In this document: positions 36,265 to 42,918 of the stretch, one piece after another | How positions within the stretch are numbered: the stretch's first letter is position 1 | How the letters are laid out: every line of letters starts with the position of its first letter | Source: a virus | Lineage: Duplodnaviria; Caudoviricetes | DNA length: 51,492 bases | IMG/VR virus record: IMGVR_UViG_3300008255_000015 | Coordinates: 1 to 51,492 of that record | Reading direction: 5' to 3' (one strand) | Notes under the pieces: model-generated | Seen by the model: only the letters and a program-made list of their open reading frames with translations | The model's database searches: none | Told to the model about the DNA's origin: nothing | Program-made: the position numbers and the translations under genes

Positions 36265-36488
36265 TTGATGTCCCTCGTCGAGATGGGCTTCTCATGGTGA
36301 ATGAAGTAAGAGCCCCCGTGATGGCGAGTGTTATGGGCCAGTGCCCGTTGCTCAGCCTCAGCTCGTCGAGCATACTCAGTAAGTCCTTGCCCAGCCTTGT
36401 CCTCGTACCCGCATGGGCAGGTGATTCGGAACTCTGGGAGCGAGCGATGGTTGCGCCATTCGCCCCTGATGTTGATGGATTTGATCAT
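36261..36488 (-). CDS. Leaderless small Zn-binding protein
   Basis: GTGACA-17-TATAAT (36495-36523), ATG 6 nt later; CPCG...H...H. Confidence 0.72.
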   Translation of the reverse strand: MIKSINIRGEWRNHRSLPEFRITCPCGYEDKAGQGLTEYARRAEAEQRALAHNTRHHGGSYFIHHEKPISTRDIK

Positions 36489-36550
36489 AGAACCATTATA
36501 TCAAACTCGCTAGCCCATGTCACGGCTGATGATCTGGGCTTGATCTACAC

Positions 36551-36590
36551 AACAAAGAGGGCCCCCCGGCGGAAAGGGGACCCTCCTCGG
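36551..36590 (-). terminator. Intrinsic terminator
   Basis: GAGGGUCCCCU-UUCCGCC-GGGGGGCCCUC then UUUGUU. Confidence 0.75.
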
Positions 36591-36630
36591 GGCCAGTGCG
36601 GCTACCGGCCCTATCGAAACCTGAGGCGGG

Positions 36631-36843
36631 TCAGGCTTCGACTTCTTGCTCGGCCCCATAGTGGCGGCCGGTGGTCTGGAAGTAGAGTTCCTCAAGTTCT
36701 TTGAGGGCACCCTTCTTGGTCTTGGATCTCACCCCGTACTGTCGCTGTACCAGCTTCAGGACAGAGCCCTGAGAGTGGACCATGCCGGTATTGACTTCGA
36801 TACGAAGCGAGCCAATGCACTGAGCGAGGTGGAAGACGTTCAC
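36631..36843 (-). CDS. Hypothetical protein
   Basis: GTGA coupling. Confidence 0.65.
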   Translation of the reverse strand: MNVFHLAQCIGSLRIEVNTGMVHSQGSVLKLVQRQYGVRSKTKKGALKELEELYFQTTGRHYGAEQEVEA

Positions 36844-37220
36844 CCAATCTCCTCGAGCTCATCCTCGTCATCATCCTCGAGCTCGGTGAGCGCGTCGTCG
36901 AGATCCTCGAACACGTCATCAGCCTCATCATCGCCGTAGAGCTCGGCGTCAGTACCGCCGATAGGCCCGTCACCCTTCTTCTTCGACTTGGCCTTCGGCT
37001 TCTTGGGCTTGTCCTCAGCGGGCTTCACCTTCGAGCCTTCGGACTGCCAGGCGTTGAACTCCTTGCGGAGATCCTTGATGTCACCAGGATCGATGGCCCA
37101 TCGGTTGCCCTGCCCGATAACCCCAGACTTCTTGCGGAGGAACTTGCGCAGAGTGCGGGCGTCTGTGCCCAGTTCAGCGGCTGCTTCCTTAGCGGAAAGC
37201 GGTTCGGTCTTCGTCGCCAT
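36840..37220 (-). CDS. HTH protein (B1/B2 family) with basic and acidic tail
   Basis: LSAKEAAAELGTDARTLRKFLRK...GQGNRW; promoter TTGACG-17-TAGCAT at 37271-37299. Confidence 0.85.
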   Translation of the reverse strand: MATKTEPLSAKEAAAELGTDARTLRKFLRKKSGVIGQGNRWAIDPGDIKDLRKEFNAWQSEGSKVKPAEDKPKKPKAKSKKKGDGPIGGTDAELYGDDEADDVFEDLDDALTELEDDDEDELEEIG

Positions 37221-37273
37221 GTTGGCCCCTTTCGTAGCGGAGGGCGGGTTGCCCCCTCATCGATAAGATCATG

Positions 37274-37576
37274 CTATCTGATGGGGTTATCAGCGTCAAC
37301 ACCTTTAAACGATGTTGCTCTGCCCCTTATATATGCGCTACGATTGCCGGCAGTGGCTCGTGCCACGAAGTCAAGTACCGCTTCATCCTTCGAGTGTCCG
37401 AGCTTAGCTTTCTCGGTCTCGGGCAGTAGGTCATGGAGAGTGTCAAGGAGTTTCAGCCGGACTAGAGCTTCAGCTTTCCACCTCTTCAAGTTCTGGACGT
37501 TACACAACCGACAAGGTCGGCCCAGGTAATCCGTGCCGGTGTCGTTGCAAATGTCACAGGGTGTGGAAGTGTTCAT
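37274..37576 (-). CDS. Hypothetical Zn-binding protein
   Basis: CDICNDTG...CRLC. Confidence 0.6.
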   Translation of the reverse strand: MNTSTPCDICNDTGTDYLGRPCRLCNVQNLKRWKAEALVRLKLLDTLHDLLPETEKAKLGHSKDEAVLDFVARATAGNRSAYIRGRATSFKGVDADNPIR

Positions 37577-37672
37577 GGGTTTCCTCTCGTTTAGCGGCAT
37601 CGGCGGAGCTTCCTCAGGAACCGTCGGTCACCAGAGAACCAGCTGCTTGCGGCCGGAGGTTTGGAAAAAGCT

Positions 37673-37834
37673 CTAGCTTCCTAGGTTTTCTGGCTCTCCC
37701 GCGGCTTCCCGAGGTGCGTCGGGCTTCTTAGCGCCCCTGCAGATGCGACAGACATGAACGAAACACTTGTTCGACTTCGACCAGAATGCTGGCGACCAGT
37801 CGTGTGTCTTGCCTGGAAGGCATCGGAAAGTCAT
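37673..37834 (-). CDS. Small Zn-binding protein
   Basis: ATGA coupling; C..HDW...CRIC. Confidence 0.55.
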   Translation of the reverse strand: MTFRCLPGKTHDWSPAFWSKSNKCFVHVCRICRGAKKPDAPREAAGEPENLGS

Positions 37835-38313
37835 AAGTCCAGTTCTCCTTCGGGTGGCCAGGTCAGGGTGGATTTGTACTGCTTCTGACCTGCGCCCCTG
37901 GCTCCGCAGATCGAGCAGTATACTTCGTAGTCGGGCAAGATTCGACCCTTGTGAGCATGGTGCTTGGTGAATCTCTTGAAGATAGTAGGCCGGCGGCAAT
38001 ATCCACACCATCGATGGCCTGGTGGAGATGGGTAGTAGTATCGCTTCTTACCCACTCGAACAATGGGTGGACGGAATGCTTGAGGCTTGCAGCTCAAAGC
38101 CATGTCGTAGTATTCCGAGAGCTTTGAGCTAACTGCGCCATAAGCCTTAGCGTAGCCGGGGATGTCAACCCGAGCCCACTTCCCGCCTTGCTCCTTCTGA
38201 ACGTATAGGCGCCACGGCGGTGTACTATGTACAACTCGAATCTTGGGCTTCTTTGCCAGCCACTTTCGGTAGATGGGATCCCTGAGCAGTTCCCGGAGTG
38301 TTATCTGTTCCAC
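37831..38313 (-). CDS. Hypothetical Zn-binding protein
   Basis: WCGYCRRPT...HH...CSICG. Confidence 0.75.
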   Translation of the reverse strand: MEQITLRELLRDPIYRKWLAKKPKIRVVHSTPPWRLYVQKEQGGKWARVDIPGYAKAYGAVSSKLSEYYDMALSCKPQAFRPPIVRVGKKRYYYPSPPGHRWCGYCRRPTIFKRFTKHHAHKGRILPDYEVYCSICGARGAGQKQYKSTLTWPPEGELDL

Positions 38314-38417
38314 CGTTTCCCTTTCAGCCGAGTACGGCCATAGTCAGCAGGATGATCCCCGCCCAGAGCGGCAAGCTTAAGGCTACCCCCCAGGCACAAC
38401 CCTTCCAAAGGTTTCCG

Positions 38418-38687
38418 TCAGGCCCCGGCTTCTGATGCATGTGCCCTCACCTCGCTGTAGTCGTTCAATTCAGTGGTCAGATATACCAGCCCTTGCTGAA
38501 GCGTAACCTCGCCTCGCTCGAGCGGGTGGCATTCAACGTCAGTGCCCAGGTCCCATCGTGCCCCATCATCAGTGTCCCGCAGTGCAAACTCCCCTGGGTA
38601 TTTGACTACCGTGATCATGACGGGAGCGTCAGGCGGTAGCTCAGAAAGCTCAGCCATCAGCTCGGCTACTGTCATGATGTCATCCAT
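38418..38687 (-). CDS. Hypothetical protein
   Basis: MTVAELMAELSELPPDAPV motif common in small phage proteins; TG-TATGAT -10 at 38745-38750. Confidence 0.75.
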   Translation of the reverse strand: MDDIMTVAELMAELSELPPDAPVMITVVKYPGEFALRDTDDGARWDLGTDVECHPLERGEVTLQQGLVYLTTELNDYSEVRAHASEAGA

Positions 38688-38895
38688 GTTAACCCTTCCT
38701 TGTTCAATGTTAGGGAGGGGGAATACCCCTCATTTGATAGAAGTATCATATCATGCCCGGAATTTGCTGGGAAACGATTAGTAGACCAAGTGTTAATACT
38801 GCTCGACATGTTGCTTGATCGATGATTCCCGTTGATCATGAGCAGCGTCCCTAATCGCCGTACGGATGCGGGCATCATGCGCTCGAGTGATCATG

Positions 38896-39186
38896 TCAAT
38901 CATCGATTCCCAACTGCTGGAGCGCTTCCGAGGGCGAGCAAACTACTCGGGCTAACCCCCCGGCATCGTCGATCAACCCCAATACGTAATCTTGTCGAGC
39001 ACTAGTTCCTGCTCGATTCTCAGGTAGCTTCACCTCGAAGCCAAAGAACCTACCCTCGTAGCACCCGATGATGTCAGGCAACCCCGCCATCATGTGCTCA
39101 CTACCCCACACCTTGAAGCAGAAGACTCCATGAAGCCTTAGCTTCTGCATGATCGACCGACTCAGCTTAGACTCTCGTTGACTCAT
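38896..39186 (-). CDS. VRR-NUC domain nuclease (Holliday-junction resolvase-like)
   Basis: E..L, GLPDIIGC..GRFFGFEVK, Q, GG...VV.S. Confidence 0.9.
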   Translation of the reverse strand: MSQRESKLSRSIMQKLRLHGVFCFKVWGSEHMMAGLPDIIGCYEGRFFGFEVKLPENRAGTSARQDYVLGLIDDAGGLARVVCSPSEALQQLGIDD

Positions 39187-39205
39187 CGTTACTCCTTACA
39201 CAGAG

Positions 39206-39257
39206 GAAGAGCCCTGCCCGGGGGAAAGGGGCAGCAATACCCCAGGCAGAGCTCCTC
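39206..39257 (-). ncRNA. RNA hairpin with loop complementary to the phage early RBS
   Basis: 18-bp stem (3 G-U, fully paired only on minus strand); loop UAUUGCUGCCCCUUUC. Confidence 0.55.
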
Positions 39258-39345
39258 GATTGTAGTGGGCGGTCTCGAGCAACCCTCGATTTAGTGCTCA
39301 TCAGAAACCCTTACCCCGGTCGAGTTGCCGGACCCACTGTGTCAA

Positions 39346-39978
39346 TCAGACGTCGTCGATGTCAAGCTCCTCGAGCTCATCGTCGTCGACTTCAACCTTC
39401 TTCGCCTTCTTCTTCTTCTTGGGCGGAGCAGGCTCGTCGTCTTCGTCATCATCGTCATCGTCATCTTCTTCGACGGGGGCGGGCTTGGCCTTCTTCTTCT
39501 TGGGCGCCGGAGCCTCATCCTCATCGTCGTCATCCTCGGTGTCCTCGACTTCGTCATCGAGGTCTTCATCCTCATCGTCGACCTGGTCACCCAGCTCGCT
39601 GACGGGGAAGGTGGCAACGACGTTGGACTGCAGCTTGCCGTCGTATTCGTCGTCATCCAGGGTCACGGCGATGGTCTTACCCACCAGGACGTTCGGGTTG
39701 ACCTTGACCTTCTTCTTCGGGACGTTGATCCCAGCAGCGACCAGGAGGTTGCGAACCTTCCAGAACTGATTCTCCTGATGCTTGCAGTAGTAAGGGTAGG
39801 TACCCGCTCCCGCCTGAATCGTGAAGAGCCACTGGCCGATGCCATCCTTCTTGGAGGGTGCATCCTCGACTTTCGTGACCTTCGCCTTGTAATCACCAGC
39901 GGGCTGGTGCTTCTTGTTGAAGATACCGCCGCCATCCTTCACGTTTGTGAAGTCAACGACTACTTCCTTTGCTGCCAT
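39346..39978 (-). CDS. Putative ssDNA-binding protein (DUF669-like) with acidic and basic tail
   Basis: PAGDYKAKVTKVE OB-like start; follows Sak4-like ATPase; strong codon bias. Confidence 0.75.
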   Translation of the reverse strand: MAAKEVVVDFTNVKDGGGIFNKKHQPAGDYKAKVTKVEDAPSKKDGIGQWLFTIQAGAGTYPYYCKHQENQFWKVRNLLVAAGINVPKKKVKVNPNVLVGKTIAVTLDDDEYDGKLQSNVVATFPVSELGDQVDDEDEDLDDEVEDTEDDDDEDEAPAPKKKKAKPAPVEEDDDDDDDEDDEPAPPKKKKKAKKVEVDDDELEELDIDDV

Positions 39979-39979
39979 A

Positions 39980-40795
39980 TCAGGCTTCTCCTTCAGTCAT
40001 GAGTCCTACCAGCTTTGGCAGGGTTGGTGCTTTGATCATCTCGGGCAGAGCGAAGTCGCTCCTGAAGCCCGTGTCATATCTCTCGTGCAGTCCTATCTGC
40101 AGCCTTCGTTGGGTATACTTGGTCACCCCATCTTTCTTTGTTACTTGGACAGTGTATAGCCTCCCGATGACATCAACGAGGGAGTTGACTGCCCCTCTGA
40201 CTGCGTTGGGAAGATCTGGTACGTAGTAGGCATCCACCTCTTGTTCGATGTCGTCATCGTCGTCGAAGGGAGTACCCGTGATCATCTTCTCCTGGGCTGT
40301 GTAGCAAACGTTCATCGGCAGGGTGTGGAAGTTGGTAAGCAGTTGCTTCATCATCTCCCCCGACTTGCCGTAGTCTCGCTGCTGCACGAACCCGGGCTGG
40401 CGATCCAAGTCTCTCAGCTCTTGAACCTTCATGACATATTTCAGTGCCATGTTGTTCATCCGGGTCAGCCCATCGGGTGAGACCCAGGTGAAAGGAGTCG
40501 AGGATTCGCCTTGCTTGATGTGGTTCGGACTGAGCTTGCCCGTCCTCAAAGCTCCGTAAACCTCCTGGATATCTTCCCATCGTTCAACGGGCCACACCCA
40601 GGGGTCGAGGTGCTTCATCAAGTCCGTACCATGCTCAGGGTCAATGACGAGGGTATCGTCAATCCCTGCGCTGGTAGCAAACCGGGTCTTGCCCTTCTTA
40701 TTGCGGGCGTAGACCAGGATCTTACGATAGCCTTCGACATCACTTGGTCGGTGAGCCTTCTTCTTGGCCAGCGCAAGATAGTCCTTGTCGGCCAT
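39980..40795 (-). CDS. AAA_24 / Sak4-like ATPase
   Basis: KILVYARNKKGKT, IDPEHG, DGLT, RDYG, VDVIGRL. Confidence 0.85.
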   Translation of the reverse strand: MADKDYLALAKKKAHRPSDVEGYRKILVYARNKKGKTRFATSAGIDDTLVIDPEHGTDLMKHLDPWVWPVERWEDIQEVYGALRTGKLSPNHIKQGESSTPFTWVSPDGLTRMNNMALKYVMKVQELRDLDRQPGFVQQRDYGKSGEMMKQLLTNFHTLPMNVCYTAQEKMITGTPFDDDDDIEQEVDAYYVPDLPNAVRGAVNSLVDVIGRLYTVQVTKKDGVTKYTQRRLQIGLHERYDTGFRSDFALPEMIKAPTLPKLVGLMTEGEA

Positions 40796-41884
40796 CTAGT
40801 TGTCCCCTTTCAGTCCAGGATTGCGCTCGTCCTGGTAGTAATCCATCGGATCGCCAACCTTGTACCGTTGACGGATAAGGGGCTGAGCGTTACCCCCGAA
40901 GAGCTCCATAGTGCAGATGTCAGTGTAACTGCACATGAACTTGCAGTTGTTGCTGGGGTTACGTTCGATGCGATCAGGCTTGTCCCAGTGATAACCATGC
41001 ATACGAAGGTGAGTCATATAAGCCTCGACTGCTACCCGCTTCAGCATCGCTGGAGACTTCTCGAGGATGTCGCGTCGGAAGAAGCTCGAGGTCGATGCTT
41101 CCCCCGGTACATATCGCTGAGACTTCAGGAACCGAAGTTGGTCGGCATAGTCATGAGGGTCAAGCCCATACTTCTTGATCGCCGCAGCCATTGTAGGAAA
41201 GTCAGTGTCGACCTTCGACCGACTCAGTCGGGAGCCATCCTGAAGAAGCTTCGGAATCGATGGAGGCTTCGACCGGAGGTAGTTCCAAATGTGGCCCTGT
41301 ACTGGAATGCCCAGCTTGATCGCAGCCCAGATGTATAGGGCGGACTGAGCGTCAAGGATTCGGAACTCGATGCCGGGCAGCGTCTTATGGTTCTTATGAT
41401 CAACGATCCATAGCCCATATTGGTTCTCGATCAGGAGGTCAACCTTGCCTCGATAGATTGAGCCATCCGGCAGTTCGACTTCGAGCGTGAACTCAGCCTC
41501 GTGAACGATCCAGGGGTCGTCCTTGTAATGCCAGATGTAGGATCGCATCATCCGAGCACAGTCACGCGGCAAATCACCCACCGCCTCCTTCTCTTCGTCG
41601 AAGAGCTTAGAGTACTCGATGGTGAGCTCATCATTCCGGGCTTTCCAGTCGCCGCCCTTGTGATGGACCTCGAGCAGCTCATGCATCCAAGTACCCCACC
41701 GTAGCGGCTTACCCATGATCTGGGGCTTCAACCGAAGTACGTACTTGTAGTACGCTTGTTGAGGGCACATCCTCATCGTCTTCAACATGGAGTGGGTGGT
41801 GATCAGCTTGCCCGTCTCAGGATCTCTGTAGAGATCTACCGATGGGGGTAACGGTTCTGACTTCACCCTGATGTTCTTACCCAT
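40796..41884 (-). CDS. PD-(D/E)XK Cas4/RecB-like exonuclease
   Basis: THS...CP, GTWMHELLE, GKVDLL, IVDHK, QSALY, C...CSY..IC; promoter TTGACC-18-TATGAT at 41908-41937. Confidence 0.9.
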   Translation of the reverse strand: MGKNIRVKSEPLPPSVDLYRDPETGKLITTHSMLKTMRMCPQQAYYKYVLRLKPQIMGKPLRWGTWMHELLEVHHKGGDWKARNDELTIEYSKLFDEEKEAVGDLPRDCARMMRSYIWHYKDDPWIVHEAEFTLEVELPDGSIYRGKVDLLIENQYGLWIVDHKNHKTLPGIEFRILDAQSALYIWAAIKLGIPVQGHIWNYLRSKPPSIPKLLQDGSRLSRSKVDTDFPTMAAAIKKYGLDPHDYADQLRFLKSQRYVPGEASTSSFFRRDILEKSPAMLKRVAVEAYMTHLRMHGYHWDKPDRIERNPSNNCKFMCSYTDICTMELFGGNAQPLIRQRYKVGDPMDYYQDERNPGLKGDN

Positions 41885-41923
41885 GGATTGCCCCTTTCTG
41901 ATGGTTAATCATATCGCACAAGA

Positions 41924-42736
41924 TCATCGAGGGTCAATTTCCCCGTACTCGTACTGATGTCGGAGCTGATGCCACCCAGGGAAGTTGCCCAAGATCGGCT
42001 GGTCTCTCAAGGGTGTGGCGACATGTTCAAGCGGACTCCAATGGCCAGGGTCAGCTGAGACTAGTCGCTCGAACAGCTTGATATCCTCTTCGATATCTCG
42101 TTTGCCGTCATGGGTAAGGTAGCTTACTCGGGCGCATCGTGCAGCACTAACCTTACGAGCTGCGTGCAGATCAAGCCCTACATCTACCATAGGATCGATA
42201 TAGGGTAGATGCCAGGCTCCAGGCCGCAGGACCCGAGGAGTTGAGTGTGTGTACGCTTCCCACATTGCGTCAGCAGCCATACGAATCTCAGGTTGAGCTA
42301 GCGGGCTACGTCGCTGGTGGAAGAAGTTGACCCACTCAGTTGAACTAACAATCACTGTGTGCCACATGAATGGTTCCAGTAGCCGGTTGACAACGGATTT
42401 GTGAATCCCGAGGTCTACCAAGGCTCGAGCATGTCGAATAGCCATCTCGGCAGCTGAATTCCACACATCGATTGCTACTGTGAAGTCTTCAATCTCTGAG
42501 CCCCCTTGCATTCCTGGTTGTTCGAGGGGCCAACTTACCGGGTAGGCCAAGTCTTTCTCGATCCGCTCAATCTGTTTCCGAACAGGGATGGCTCGGCTTG
42601 AGGCGCTGTTTCGACTGAAGACTCGGTGGGTGTTGAACTCGGCAAGAACGAAGCGGTGCATCGTCACTTCCATCGTGGTCAAACGACTACCGCCGGGTGC
42701 CACTGAGTCGGCAATCACTTTGGCTTGGGGGTTCAT
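41924..42736 (-). CDS. thyX: Flavin-dependent thymidylate synthase
   Basis: EFNTHRVFSRNSASSRAIP, HKSVVNRLLEPF, AQPEI, SAARCARVSY, HWSPLEH. Confidence 0.9.
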   Translation of the reverse strand: MNPQAKVIADSVAPGGSRLTTMEVTMHRFVLAEFNTHRVFSRNSASSRAIPVRKQIERIEKDLAYPVSWPLEQPGMQGGSEIEDFTVAIDVWNSAAEMAIRHARALVDLGIHKSVVNRLLEPFMWHTVIVSSTEWVNFFHQRRSPLAQPEIRMAADAMWEAYTHSTPRVLRPGAWHLPYIDPMVDVGLDLHAARKVSAARCARVSYLTHDGKRDIEEDIKLFERLVSADPGHWSPLEHVATPLRDQPILGNFPGWHQLRHQYEYGEIDPR

Positions 42737-42918
42737 CGGTTCTTTGCTTCTTCCTCGATCTGCAGTACAGCAGCCTCTCGGATTGCTTCGTTAAGATCCG
42801 TCTCAGCAATGTTCAGCCGTTCGATATCCGTATCCTCATCTTGAGCATGGTCAAGAATGACCTGGGCATACGTCATCGACGCAGCAATTACTCGGGTTCG
42901 TGCTTGGATGTAGTTCAC
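42733..42918 (-). CDS. Hypothetical protein
   Basis: Coupled at both ends. Confidence 0.6.
   Translation of the reverse strand: MNYIQARTRVIAASMTYAQVILDHAQDEDTDIERLNIAETDLNEAIREAAVLQIEEEAKNR

Noticed and set aside
36560-36594. Second anti-RBS loop (GUCCCCUUUCC)
   Set aside because: The better fold is an 11-bp terminator stem that sequesters most of this sequence
39270-39340. Hammerhead ribozyme (CUGAUGAG present on minus strand)
   Set aside because: GAGAC instead of GAAAC, and stems I and III do not close correctly around an NUH site
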